The translations under genes were made by a program, and so were the position numbers. DNA of 64,000 nucleotides from an uncultured Pseudomonadota bacterium. GTDB taxonomy: Bacteria; Pseudomonadota; Alphaproteobacteria; Rhizobiales; Xanthobacteraceae. Shown here in pieces: positions 20,375-31,200 of this stretch. How positions within the stretch are numbered: the stretch's first letter is position 1; each line of letters opens with the position of its first letter. The stretch lies in contig CAWFVT010000004.1 in assembly GCA_963819325.1 (NCBI GenBank), positions 58,786-122,785 of the forward strand. The letters are read 5' to 3'. A model generated the notes under the pieces. That model was not told where the DNA came from, made no database searches, and saw only the letters and a list, made by a program, of their open reading frames with translations.

Positions 20375-21352
20375 GTGATCGACACCACTAAATCGGATAC
20401 GGCGCGCCGAATTGCGCTGCTCGGTGCGCCCATCGATATCGGCGCGTCGCAACGCGGAACCCTGATGGGACCGGCGGCGCTGCGCACGGCGGGTCTTCTC
20501 ACCGTGCTCGACGGGCTGGCGTGTGAAGTAAGCGATCATGGCGACATCTCGATCCAAGGGATCGCTGAGCTTGCTGACCTGCCGCCTGACAATGCGAAGC
20601 ACTACCGGGAAATCCAGCGCTGGACCCGGGAACTGAGCGCGCGGGCTTATGAGCTGGCGCGATCGGGGGCGATCCCGATCTTTCTCGGCGGCGACCACAC
20701 CCTCTCGATGGGCTCGGTGAATGGCATGGCCCGCCATTGGCGCGAAGCCGGTCGCGACCTCTTCGTGTTATGGCTGGATGCGCACGCGGACTACAATACG
20801 CCGGCGACCACGCAATCCGGCAACATGCACGGGATGTCGGCGGCGTTCTTGTGCGGTGAGCCGGGGCTGGATGGTCTTTTGGGCGAAGAGCCGCGCGCGT
20901 CGATCAAACCCGATCAACTGGAATTATTCGGCATACGTTCGATCGACAGACTGGAAAAGGATTTGCTGCGCGATCGCCGTATCAGCGTCGCCGACATGCG
21001 GCGGATCGACGAGTTCGGGGTCGGGGTGCTGATCCGCCGCGTGATTGAAAAAGTGCGGGCCCGCAACGGCGTGCTGCATGTCAGTTTTGACGTCGATTTT
21101 CTCGACCCTGGCCTCGCGCCCGGTGTCGGCACCACGGTGCCGGGCGGCGCGACCTATCGCGAGGCGCATCTGGTGATGGAGATGCTGCATGATAGCGGGC
21201 TGGTTCAATCCGTCGATATCGTGGAGCTGAACCCGTTCCTCGACGAGCGGGGCCGCACCGCGCGCGTCGCGGTCGAACTCATCGGCAGCCTGTTTGGCCA
21301 GCAGATAACCGACCGGCCAACTCCGACCAATGCTATCGGGCCAGGTGATTGA
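20375..21352 (+). CDS. rocF: Arginase
   Basis: GGDHTLSMG, DAHADYNT, SGNMHGM, SFDVDFLDP, VELNP; GTG start inferred. Confidence 0.92.
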   Translation: MIDTTKSDTARRIALLGAPIDIGASQRGTLMGPAALRTAGLLTVLDGLACEVSDHGDISIQGIAELADLPPDNAKHYREIQRWTRELSARAYELARSGAIPIFLGGDHTLSMGSVNGMARHWREAGRDLFVLWLDAHADYNTPATTQSGNMHGMSAAFLCGEPGLDGLLGEEPRASIKPDQLELFGIRSIDRLEKDLLRDRRISVADMRRIDEFGVGVLIRRVIEKVRARNGVLHVSFDVDFLDPGLAPGVGTTVPGGATYREAHLVMEMLHDSGLVQSVDIVELNPFLDERGRTARVAVELIGSLFGQQITDRPTPTNAIGPGD

Positions 21353-21418
21353 ATATTTCTGCAGCGACCGGCGAGTTTGGCTCAGCGCGCCCGTGCGGAT
21401 GTCTCCGCACCAGTCCCC

Positions 21419-21604
21419 TCAGCGCATGCTGACGAACGCGGCCCATATGGCGGCGAGTATGGCGCCCGCCAGAACGTAGGAAGGGTGATCGCAGAATGTG
21501 TTGCCGTATTGGCACATCTGCACGCCCAGGCTGCCGATCTCATTGTTGCCGGCGGCATAAAACAGGCCGGCGAGAACAGCCAGCACTGCGGCCACGAAAT
21601 ACAT
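21419..21604 (-). CDS. Small two-helix membrane protein
   Basis: MYFVAAVLAVLAGLFYAAG...MCQYGNTFCDHP...; GGAG RBS upstream. Confidence 0.6.
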   Translation of the reverse strand: MYFVAAVLAVLAGLFYAAGNNEIGSLGVQMCQYGNTFCDHPSYVLAGAILAAIWAAFVSMR

Positions 21605-21757
21605 CAGATGCTCCCTGCAGGAATGACCGTTGAGTCGCGCAACAGCGCACAATCTCATAGATCTTCCACGCTGTCGCTGCCGCTTGGGAAACTTGCTCAA
21701 GAAAAAACTTGCCATGTCGGGCAAATCACCTGCATATGTTCATCGTCGCAAGAATTC

Positions 21758-21790
21758 AGCCCGCGCCGGGAAACCGGTCGCGGGCTTTTT
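21758..21790 (+). terminator. Rho-independent terminator
   Basis: agcccgcg-ccgg-gaaa-ccgg-t-cgcgggct followed by T run. Confidence 0.7.
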
Positions 21791-22124
21791 GAATCGGACG
21801 GCGATCCGCATTCACGGGCGCTTTCACCCTCCCTGTCAGCACATTGCCGCCAGAGGCGCCCCCGGGGTCGTCGTCCGAACCAGTCGACTGCCGGCCACCC
21901 CAGCCGGCGGCCCGTTGGCGCTCCGCAAAACAACGAAACGGATCACGAGGGGCAGCGGATGAGCGCCGAAATCGCTCCATTCGTTCCGCGGACTAACCGC
22001 AAGCGAGTGCCAACGGCGCATAACGGCGTCGGTCTCATGCCTGTGCACAAAAATATCCTGAAATTATCGACGGCAGCTAACAGGGAGGTGTCGCGGGTGA
22101 CGGTTATCAGCCGCGAGCTGTGTT

Positions 22125-22475
22125 ATGATCGCTAAGGACGCAGAGGAAATCTCGAAAGCACATGTGTCGCTCGGGCTTGCCGATCCGACGCTTGGCGGGA
22201 TGGTGGCGGCCATCAGTGAGGTCGCTGGCATCTCTCCGCCGCGCTCCTGGCCGAACGAGCGCAAGCAGCGCTTCAGGACGCTGCCGTACGATGTACAGGT
22301 CTATCTCGCAAGCCACGAGGAGCGGCGCGACAAAGCATTGCGGCGTGCACAAAACGAAGCCGCTATCGTGCGGCAAAAGCTGACAGCCAACGAGCGGCTG
22401 AAATCCGGCGCAACTGAGGGAGCCAAGACACATGATCCAGAAGGAAATGAAATTGACGCGTTCTCTGGTGCTTGA
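22125..22475 (+). CDS. Phage-like hypothetical protein, probably 5' truncated
   Basis: PPRSWP...KQRFRTLPYDVQVYLASHEERRDKALRRAQNEAA resembles a motif I recall from alphaproteobacterial phage head/scaffold-region proteins (unverified). Confidence 0.5.
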   Translation: MIAKDAEEISKAHVSLGLADPTLGGMVAAISEVAGISPPRSWPNERKQRFRTLPYDVQVYLASHEERRDKALRRAQNEAAIVRQKLTANERLKSGATEGAKTHDPEGNEIDAFSGA

Positions 22476-22650
22476 GGATCGGATTAGGAAAATTCGCGGC
22501 GAAATCAATGCGATCATCGACGCGAAAGCGGAGACTGTCGCCAGGGAGAGCCCGGGCGTCCCGTTAGGGGTGATCCGCAATCTCCTGACGGCGCGCGCGC
22601 CAGCGTGTCCCTGCGCGCAATATCTTGAACTCATGGAGCATAATGGCTGA
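22432..22650 (+). CDS. Small hypothetical protein in phage-like segment
   Basis: EDRIRKIRGEINAIIDAKAE...PGVPLGVIRNLLTARAPACPCAQYL; start uncertain. Confidence 0.55.
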   Translation: MIQKEMKLTRSLVLEDRIRKIRGEINAIIDAKAETVARESPGVPLGVIRNLLTARAPACPCAQYLELMEHNG

Positions 22651-22663
22651 CCGGCGCCCGTGA

Positions 22664-23299
22664 TTATCGCAGCGACAACTTTGTCGCAGCTTCAAGCTCG
22701 GTGATCGCTTGCTGTGCGTCGATCACCTTGATGGTCGTCATGCCCATGTCGCGCGCCGGTTTCAGATTGACGCCGAGATCGTCCAGATAGACGCAACGTC
22801 CGGGATCAACGTTCAGTGCCTCGACCATCATTTGATAGATCCGCGGGTCGGGCTTGCGGAGACCGATCTTGGCCGACTCGATCACGTGATTGAACAGCGC
22901 CATCACCTCCGCGATGTAGAGCGACCGGCCGCCTGCGCTGCCGATCGCATTGGCGGGCAGGTTGTTGGTGATGCATCCGGTCTTGAACTTCGCCGCCACG
23001 CGGCGCAGCGCCTCGACCATTTCGGGCCGCAGATCTCCGGACAATAGCGGCAAGACGTCCTTGCCTCGAACCTCCGCGCCCAGGGCCAGCGATTCCGCCG
23101 CGAACAGGCGATCGAAGGCTTCGAGGTCGACTTCGGCTCGCTCGAATTTCGCCCAGGCATTCTCCCAATGATTGGTAGCGTTGGTACGCCTGATAATGCC
23201 GGAAGGCAGGCCGCGTTCGTGTTCAAACCGCTCGAAAGCATCGAACGGCGACGTGGTGAGCACGCCGCCGAAATCCCAGATTACAGCCTCGATCATCAT
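22664..23299 (-). CDS. HAD-IA family phosphatase
   Basis: WDFGGVL, ITNN, KPDPRIY, YLDD. Confidence 0.9.
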   Translation of the reverse strand: MMIEAVIWDFGGVLTTSPFDAFERFEHERGLPSGIIRRTNATNHWENAWAKFERAEVDLEAFDRLFAAESLALGAEVRGKDVLPLLSGDLRPEMVEALRRVAAKFKTGCITNNLPANAIGSAGGRSLYIAEVMALFNHVIESAKIGLRKPDPRIYQMMVEALNVDPGRCVYLDDLGVNLKPARDMGMTTIKVIDAQQAITELEAATKLSLR

Positions 23300-23450
23300 T
23301 CCCCACTATGCCAGCGCCGATCCGGCAACGGCTACCACAGCATTTTGACCAGGGCCAGCCTCGACCGTCCGGTGGCTCCGAGCGGATCGTCAATCTGATT
23401 TCAGAAAGCCAGCAACAGCAAACGGTGACTTAAGGGCAGCTAATATGTGA

Positions 23451-23823
23451 ATGGCGATCCTGTCCTTTCTCCGTGGACCCGTCATCAAGGGTTTGATCGA
23501 CGCTTATCAAGCCAAACTGAAGGCGGGCAACGTCGAAAGCAAGATCGCTGCAGATCAGACTGCTACCAAAATCGCCGCTGAGGTCGCCGAATCCAACGCG
23601 ATCTTGCGATATCGCATCGCCGAAATCGGGCACTGGTATGAGCCCGACAAGCTGATGGGGTATTTCGTCGCGCTCTATTTCGCTCCTGGTTTGGGACAAG
23701 GTTTTAGGACTGGGAACAACCGATCCGCTGGCGGGGTTTGCGTCCGTAACGTCGAATCTCGTGGTGTCGTTCTATTTCGCCAAGCGCGGATTTGAGAACG
23801 TGGCGCGGATCATCAAGCGATGA
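23451..23823 (+). pseudogene. Frameshifted holin-like membrane protein
   Basis: Frame 1 ...KLMGYFVALYF; another frame from ~23683 continues LLVWDKVLGLGTTDPLAGFASVTSNLVVSFYFAKRGFENVARIIKR*. Confidence 0.6.
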
Positions 23824-23842
23824 CCGCAGGGATCATCAAGCG

Positions 23843-24145
23843 ATGAACGAGATGCGCGGCGAGTATATTAGGGCTATTGTCGCCGAGACGTTGGCCGAAC
23901 AGCAGAGGCGTCGTCACGACGACATCGACGCCGTGGTTCTAAAAGCCGTCGCGACAATCCTGACCTCCTTCGGGATGGAGGAAAAGGACCGCCAGGAGTT
24001 GCGCGCCGACTTTCAACACCTGAGGCGTTGGCGCAAGAGCGTCGAACAGGCGCAGAGTTATACCTTCAAGGCCGTCATCACGATTATCGTCACGGGTGTC
24101 GTCGGGGCAGTCTGGCTCGGCGTCAAGGTCATGCTCGGGAAATGA
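23843..24145 (+). CDS. Phage lysis-region-like small protein with C-terminal TM helix
   Basis: Helical N-terminus, ELRADFQHLRRWRKSVE, then AVITIIVTGVVGAVWLGV. Confidence 0.6.
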   Translation: MNEMRGEYIRAIVAETLAEQQRRRHDDIDAVVLKAVATILTSFGMEEKDRQELRADFQHLRRWRKSVEQAQSYTFKAVITIIVTGVVGAVWLGVKVMLGK

Positions 24146-24341
24146 CCTGCGCCATCCGGGTTGCGAAAATTCTGATGTCGTTTCCCGAACACACCATTCC
24201 TGTTGGGCAGCCAAAAGACCTGTCGTTCGAGGTAGCCGGGCAACTCCGGATCCTCAGGCCGCCAGCACTTTGACACCATGGTTCGGGCTGTACCGGATCA
24301 GGGTGCGGTGTTAAATTCCGCCCGATCACCCCAGGGGCGGC

Positions 24342-25706
24342 ATGACTTTCACATCATGGCAATTCGGCGCATTCGTTGCGATCGTATTTGGGGTATACTA
24401 TCTCCCGCCGCTCAAATCGCTTCAAGTCCAGCTACTCGTTCTCGCGAGCCTGTTGTTTTATGGCTGCGGCCAGCCTGAACTTCTGCCGCTCCTCGCCGTC
24501 GCGGTTTTGGGGACCTATCTGTTTTTGATCCTGGCCCTGCGGAACCGCGCGTTGTGGTTGCCGATTGGTATTTCCTTCAATCTGGCGCTGCTCGCGTTCT
24601 TCAAGTACAAATTTCTGTTCATTGGGCCGGCATCATCCGGCGCGGCTGACCTGGCATCGATCGATTTTCTCCTGCAATTGCCGCTGCCGATCGGGATTTC
24701 GTTTTTCGTATTCCATAACATCAGCTTGCTGGTTGATCTGACCGGGAAGCGGAACGAGCCACCGGATCTCAAGAGCGTCTTCCTCTATATCATATTCTTT
24801 CCGCAGCTGGTTTCGGGGCCGATTACGCGGGCTGAAATGTTCATGCCGCAGATCCAGCCGAAATATTTTGGGGATATTCCATTCGTCGAGGCCGCAAAAT
24901 GGATACTGATGGGGTTCTTTTTTAAGCTCTACGTCGCGAACAACCTCAACGAGATGACATCCTATATGGATTTCCCTCTCTACGAGACGCTCCGGACGCA
25001 GGACCGGTGGCTGCTTGTTTTTCTGTACAGCTATCAGATTTACGCCGACTTCTTCGGTTATTCCGCGATTGCGATAGGTCTTGCATTGCTGTTTGGCTAT
25101 CGGCTGCCGATAAATTTCAATCTTCCTTATATTTCAATTTCGTTCTCCGAATTCTGGACGCGTTGGCACATCTCGCTGTCAAGCTGGTTGCGGACCTATC
25201 TTTACGTTCCGCTCGGCGGTAATCGCCATGGGGTACTCAGAACTTATCTGAATTTAATGATCGTGATGGGGCTTGGCGGTCTCTGGCATGGCGCCGGCCT
25301 TGGCTATCTGTTGTGGGGACTTTTGCACGGCGTTCTGCTGGTCATTGAGCGGCCGTTCCTGGCGCGACTGGCGTCGATCGACTCGGCTGCTTTTCGCGCG
25401 GTGCGGATGGGTATTGTTTTTGTTTGCGTCACCTCGCTCTGGATATTCTTCAAGCTGCCGAACTTCGACCATGCTGTCAGCTATTTGTCCGGCATGTTCA
25501 CGTCCAGCACGAATCCCAATCCGCCGAAGCTGTTTTATGATCTGGCGTTGCTCTATTCGTTGCCGGTCATGATCCAGCATCTTGTTTCACGCCCGCAGTT
25601 CGAGCGAACGCTTGGCGGCGCGGAGCCATATCTGTACGGTTTGATGGCGGCGCTGATGTATCTGGAGGCCGGTCCGCAGACCTCATTCATCTATTTTCAG
25701 TTCTGA
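24342..25706 (+). CDS. MBOAT O-acyltransferase (AlgI/PatA/DltB-like)
   Basis: LPIGISFFVF, FFPQLVSGPI, QIYADFFGYS, FWTRWHISLSSWLRTYLYVPLGGNR, GLWHG, C-terminal FIYFQF. Confidence 0.93.
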   Translation: MTFTSWQFGAFVAIVFGVYYLPPLKSLQVQLLVLASLLFYGCGQPELLPLLAVAVLGTYLFLILALRNRALWLPIGISFNLALLAFFKYKFLFIGPASSGAADLASIDFLLQLPLPIGISFFVFHNISLLVDLTGKRNEPPDLKSVFLYIIFFPQLVSGPITRAEMFMPQIQPKYFGDIPFVEAAKWILMGFFFKLYVANNLNEMTSYMDFPLYETLRTQDRWLLVFLYSYQIYADFFGYSAIAIGLALLFGYRLPINFNLPYISISFSEFWTRWHISLSSWLRTYLYVPLGGNRHGVLRTYLNLMIVMGLGGLWHGAGLGYLLWGLLHGVLLVIERPFLARLASIDSAAFRAVRMGIVFVCVTSLWIFFKLPNFDHAVSYLSGMFTSSTNPNPPKLFYDLALLYSLPVMIQHLVSRPQFERTLGGAEPYLYGLMAALMYLEAGPQTSFIYFQF

Positions 25707-25714
25707 GTGTGAGC

Positions 25715-26593
25715 ATGCAGCCGACGTCAGCGGTTCACTGGTTCGCAAAATGCGGCTTCAGCGCAGGGTTGCTGCTGTTTGCCTGCGGCGTTGCTACCGC
25801 CTGGTTCGGCAACGGTCTGCAACTGCCATCGACCACGACCCGTGACGGTACCCTGATCACGTTGAATCGATATATCAATGAACCGTTTCCCGATGCAGTG
25901 GTGGTGGGCAGTTCGCTTGCCTTCCGGCTCAAGGAGGAATATTTCGCGACGCCTCGCCTGCGAAACCTGGCGCTTGCGGGTGGCTCGCCCGTCACGGGGC
26001 TGGAGATCGTCGCGGACCAGCCGCGCCTTCCCAAGATCGTTCTTGTCGAGACGAATGTGCTATCGAGGCCGACTGATGCTGCCTTGGTCGCGAAATATTC
26101 GAGGGCCGACAACAACAGATCGCTGTTTTTTCGGCCGATCAGAATTGCCGTCGCGGCCTACGAAAATCGGCTTCACGCACCGCTTAATCATGCGCAGATT
26201 TCCGGCGCGACGCGCCAATTGCTCGAACGGCCGCCCAGCGATTTCGATAATCGCATCTATGTGGATCGTGCATTGGAACAATGGAATACGGAAGATCCGA
26301 CGGCTGCCGTTCAGATGAACGTCTTGAGAATTGAGCGGTTGATCCCGGAGATCGAGCGGAAGGGCTCGCACGTGCTGCTTTTCGAGCTACCCTGTTCGGC
26401 GCCGCTCGAACAATCCCGATCGGCAAAAGTCACTCGCGAAATCGTTCACGCGGCGTTTCCCCGTCCGGGCCAGTGGCTGCACATCGAATATGCAAGGGAC
26501 GAGTTGCGCTGGGCGGATGGTGTTCATCTGGATGAGCGCTCCGCGGTGATTGTGACGCAATCGATTGATAGAGCTCTTTCGTCCCTGCCTTGA
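25715..26593 (+). CDS. SGNH-like periplasmic acyltransferase partner (AlgJ/PatB/DltD-like)
   Basis: N-terminal TM, VVVGSS, NLALAGGS, ADGVHLD (DxxH); directly follows MBOAT. Confidence 0.72.
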   Translation: MQPTSAVHWFAKCGFSAGLLLFACGVATAWFGNGLQLPSTTTRDGTLITLNRYINEPFPDAVVVGSSLAFRLKEEYFATPRLRNLALAGGSPVTGLEIVADQPRLPKIVLVETNVLSRPTDAALVAKYSRADNNRSLFFRPIRIAVAAYENRLHAPLNHAQISGATRQLLERPPSDFDNRIYVDRALEQWNTEDPTAAVQMNVLRIERLIPEIERKGSHVLLFELPCSAPLEQSRSAKVTREIVHAAFPRPGQWLHIEYARDELRWADGVHLDERSAVIVTQSIDRALSSLP

Positions 26594-26619
26594 TCTCCAT
26601 GAAAACGCGGCCGTGCACA

Positions 26620-26718
26620 CGGATTTGATCCGTGGCGGACAGCCGGCAGCGTGAAGAAAACGCATCAGATAAGAAGATGGAGCCTCCGTTCCGATCAATT
26701 GGAACGGAAGAGGCTCCG
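26620..26718. repeat. Second, degenerate copy of the 18852 repeat
   Basis: gcgtgaagaaaacgc-atcagataagaagatg-gagcctccgttccgat...ggaacggaagaggctc. Confidence 0.7.
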
Positions 26719-26732
26719 GAAGGCGAGGGCCG

Positions 26733-27188
26733 ATGTACAGGATTCGCGAGGTCGACGGGCATGACGATGACGTCGCCGATACCCTCGCGGACCTACACCG
26801 TCTGACTTTCTTTGACGGTGCGTCAATTCCAGAATTCGATCAGGGTCATTGGTGGTTGGCTTTTTTCGAGACCATGCCGGTCGCCTTTGCCGGGCTCGTT
26901 CCGTCGACGCGTGCCGGCAATGCCGGATATTTTTCCCGCGTCGGCGTGCTGCAAAAACATTGTGGCAACCGCCTTCAATTGCGCCTGATGCGCGCGATGG
27001 AAACGCGCGCAAAACACAATGGATGGTGCTGCGTGGTGTCAGATACCACCGACAACCTCGCCTCTGCGAACAACTTTATCCGCGCCGGCTATCGGCTGTA
27101 CCAGCCGCAATATCCTTGGGGTTGGCCGAATACGCTGTATTGGCGAAAATCCACCACGTGTTCCAGACCGCGCCGAAAGTCTGGTTGA
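26733..27188 (+). CDS. GNAT family N-acetyltransferase
   Basis: VAFAGL...RVGVLQKHCGNRLQLRLMRA...NLASANNFIRAGY. Confidence 0.8.
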   Translation: MYRIREVDGHDDDVADTLADLHRLTFFDGASIPEFDQGHWWLAFFETMPVAFAGLVPSTRAGNAGYFSRVGVLQKHCGNRLQLRLMRAMETRAKHNGWCCVVSDTTDNLASANNFIRAGYRLYQPQYPWGWPNTLYWRKSTTCSRPRRKSG

Positions 27189-27298
27189 GATTCAATGTGT
27201 TTTAGGACGTATCCAAGCGCTTTGCTCCAACCTGAGGATGATTTGAGCGTTTGAACCGGTCCGGCCGATAATCAGCAGCATATCTCCAATTTCGAAGC

Positions 27299-27338
27299 AG
27301 CCCGGTGGCCGAATGGCCATCGGGCTTTTTTTGTTTTT
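27299..27338 (+). terminator. Rho-independent terminator
   Basis: agcccggtggcc-gaat-ggccatcgggct then ttttttgttttt. Confidence 0.8.
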
Positions 27339-27587
27339 AGACGGTTGGAGGTTTCACGCACCGCGTGACGCTGCGTCGTTCACGAGAATAGTGTCAAGAC
27401 TCCGATTGTATCGGGCGTTCCGATACCTTATACGACGGCAACGGAGCATCACATGACGTTGTTGAACAAGGTTTTCACGACCGGAACCCTGGTGAAAATC
27501 ATCCTTGTGCTCACTGCCGTTGTGGCGATGAAGGCGGCAAGCCTTCACTATGATTTCAGCTGGGCCACGGCTTTAGCGGCGGAATAG

Positions 27588-27884
27588 TCAGCCTCTGGCG
27601 GCAGGCACTGAAAGCGGGTTTGAGCCATATTTGTTGGGTCCGGCGTTGCCACGCAGGCAGCCGATTTCAACAAATCCCCAAATCGAGACCGCAAAGCCCG
27701 CCAGCGAGGGGATGAAGACGACCACGAGCATGGGGATGAAAAGCGGTGCGGCGAGGCCCGCCGCGGTGAGCAGAATGACGCCCACGAGCAACCCGGCGCC
27801 GCAAAAAATGAGAAGCGAGCGCCAGTATTTGGCCCGATTGATGCGCCTGCTGGCGCCGAACAGGAATTCGAACAGCTCTTCCAT
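27588..27884 (-). pseudogene. DUF805 membrane protein with apparent internal deletion
   Basis: RINRAKYW start and RGNAGPNKYG end present; central RLHD motif missing. Confidence 0.6.
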
Positions 27885-28235
27885 CGCATTCCAGGGTTCA
27901 ACAGCACCGACAAAGCCGGTGCATAGGCGTGTGTCATGAGGAAATCCTAAGGGTTCAAGCCCGGGGAACGACCGCATTCTCGGCGTGATATTCGCGTCGA
28001 GTCCTGTCAGGGCCGGGAACGAGTCGATCGTACATCTTATGGATGCGCCGATCGAAGTCGACTACCCCGTCTTGGGTGGACTCATCTAAAATTGTCGTCC
28101 ATTTGTTGCGATTGCAAGAACGTCGTCTTGGAGCTTGCCTTGCCCGAGCCTTCGCCGGCTGCCATAGACGGCTCCAAACGCTTGTTCCGTCACGATCTTT
28201 CGCTAATCTGACTGGGTGGGTGGAGGAAGTCGAGG

Positions 28236-31200
28236 GTGTCTTGTCAGGTGTGTCTATCGACTCTCAAGGCGGGCGATTTGTATTGCTCGTCCTGCGGAGC
28301 GGTCGTCCCGGAACATCTTGCCAAGCCGCAGGTCGCGGAAGATCGCGACCGCATTGCCAGCGAGCGGAAGTACCTGACCGTCCTTTGTGCCGATTTGCAA
28401 CGTTCAACCGATCTGATCTCCGAACTGGACCCCGAGGCGGCAATTTCGCGGCTGGAGCCAGCGTTGATTGCGATGCGGACTGCGGTTCGCCGCAATCGTG
28501 GCATTGTCAGTAAGGAAGGCGGCGACGGGCTCATCGCGCTTTTTGGAGCGCCCCATGCCGACGAAAATCATGCCGTCATGGCGTGTCACGCCGCGGTTGA
28601 GCTGGTTCGCCGCGTCAAGCTGCTCAAGGATCCAGCGATCCAGGTTCGGGTCGGCGTTCATTCCGGGTACGTCGTCGCCCATGTCATTGAGGCCGACTTC
28701 TCCTCCATCTATGAGGCGGGCGGGCCGGCGGTCCACCTGGTCAAGCGGATAGAAGGCGCCGCACAGGCCGGACAAATCCTGGTGTCGGAGTCCTGCCAGA
28801 GTCTGGCCGCGGCGCTGTTGAACTTTAACGCCCTGCCACCGAGGCGGCTGGAGGGATTTTCTGCGCCCGTTCCCTGCTATGAACTGCTCGAAATCAGCGG
28901 ACTTACAAGGTGGAAGGCGCGCTCGACCAAAGGACTTTCCGCGTTTGTCGGCCGCGCGGAAGAGATGTCCCTGCTGGAGCGGGCGGCGCGGGATGTCGGT
29001 TCTTCCGGACAGATCGTCGCGCTCGTGGGCACGGCGGGGATCGGAAAATCCCGAATCGCTCACGAATTTGCCGGCGCGTTGCGGGCCAAAGACTGGCAGG
29101 TTCTGGAAGCCGAAAGTAATCCGCTGGAGCAGACCGTCCCGTTTGCCTTGCTAAAGAAGTTGGTTCAACGCGCGCTGCAGATCGGCAATATCGCATCCGC
29201 GAGCCAATCCGAATTGCGTGAAGGCGTGGCGCTCGCGCATTCCGATCTTTGGCCCGCCGCCCTTTGCTCCGTTCTCGATCAGCCCGTTAACGATCCCCGC
29301 TGGAACGATCTTGAACCGTTGCTGCGGCGGCGGACCATCATCGATGCCGTGCGCCATACGATCGAACAGGTGATCAGGGGGCGGCCGACGATATTGCTGC
29401 TGGAGGACCTTCACTGGATCGACGGACAAAGCGAAGCCGCGGTCGAGGCCTTGATGTCGCTCGCGGCGGGCCACCCGCTGCTGGTACTGCTGACATGGCG
29501 GACGGAGGATACGCCGGGATGGCTATCGCGGCTGGATGTGCGCAGAATATGGCTTCGGTCCCTCGATATCCCTTCGGCGAAAACGTTGCTTGACGGCTTG
29601 CTTGGGACGGCGCCGGAACTCGATGCCCTCAAGGCGCATGTGCTCCGGCACACTGGCCAGGTCCCGCTGTTTATCGAGGAGGTGGTGCGACAACTCGTCA
29701 ACCAGGGAATCCCTGAAGGTGATGCGGGCCGGTTCGCTGCGAAAGCGCCCTGGGATGCGCTGGAAATTCCGCCAACCGTGCAGGGCGTGATCGCCTCCCG
29801 TATCGATCGCCTGCCAAAAGAAGACAAGGCCCTTTTGCAACTTGCATCTGTGGTGGGCCCGCGCGTTTCAACGCGTTTGCTGGGGGCGGTCACCGGGATG
29901 CCGGCCGCGCAACTGCAAAGCCGGATTTGGTCGCTGGAAATTCTGGACTTTCTGGTCGAGGCGCGATGGCTTGCCTCCCCGGAATACGAATTTGCCCACG
30001 ATCTCATTCGCGAGGTCGCCTATGATTCGATCCTTCGATCGCAACGCGAGCAGTTGCATCGCCGGATATTGACGGCCCTGGAACAAAGCTGCGCCGGACA
30101 TGAGCAGGATATCGCGGAGGCGCTTTGTCACCACGCGGTCAAGGCCCAGGACTGGACCAAAGCGGACCATTACGGACACTCGGCGGCGCAAAAGGCATTC
30201 GCCAGATCGGCGTTTCGGGATGCCACCGGATATTTCCAGATTGCGATGGACGCGGTGGACAAGTTGCCGGCCTCGGTCGCCCGCGAAGAGCGCGCGATCG
30301 ATCTGCGCATCGAGGCTCGACTTTCATTTGCTTCACTGGGAAACATCGAGCACTGGCTTGCGCTTTGTCGCGACGCGGAGGCGCGCTCCGAGAAAATCGG
30401 CGATGAGCGAAGACGGCTCGCATCCATCACGGTCAGGGCGGCAGCGCTGAATTTCTATGGAACGCCTTATGAGGCCATCACGGCAGGGGAGCAGGCCATC
30501 GCGCTGGCCAATACTCTAGCCGACCCCGCTTGGCTGAGCTATGCCGAGTATGTTCTCGGCCAGGCCTATTTCGTGGCAGACCGATACCGCGATGCAGAGG
30601 CGTGCCTGAATCGGGCGATTGCGCGCTTGGTCGATGCGCCTGAAAACGTGCCGCCTGGAACGACGGGGTCGAGCCTTCTTGTGCTTTGTTACGTGTTGAA
30701 AGCGATGGTCTACGCGTCGATCGGTGAATACGACGATTCCGAGCGGTGCACCCGGCAGGCCAGCGATCTCTCTCAAGAGAACGCCAGACCTTACGACATT
30801 ATCGCGGCCGATTACAGTCGCGGCTTTGTGCATATGAGTTATGGCAAGCTGGAAGAGGCGGAAAACGCCCTTAGCGAGGCCTTATTCCTTTCCCGCGAAA
30901 ACGAGGCTTGGGTGTTTCTGCCCTACGTGTTGTGCGCGCTCGGAAATGTCTATTTGCAGACGGGGCGTGCGGCAGAAGCAAAGGACATCCTGCTTGAGGC
31001 GAAGGACAAAGCGGAAGCGCTTGGGCACGGCACAAGCGTCCTGCTGGCATCGACATATCTGGCTTCTGCATATGCGCAACTTGGAAATCCTACCCGCGGG
31101 TTGGAACTAGCGCGTGCCTGCCAGGCGGGGGCAAAACAGAAGGGCTATCAGACCATCGAAGCCTTGGCCCTTTTCGCCGAGGCTGTTATCTTGTCTTTTC

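Noticed and set aside
24342-26593. Calling the pair dltB/dltD or algI/algJ
   Set aside because: Family motifs are clear but the acceptor and orthology cannot be determined from the sequence
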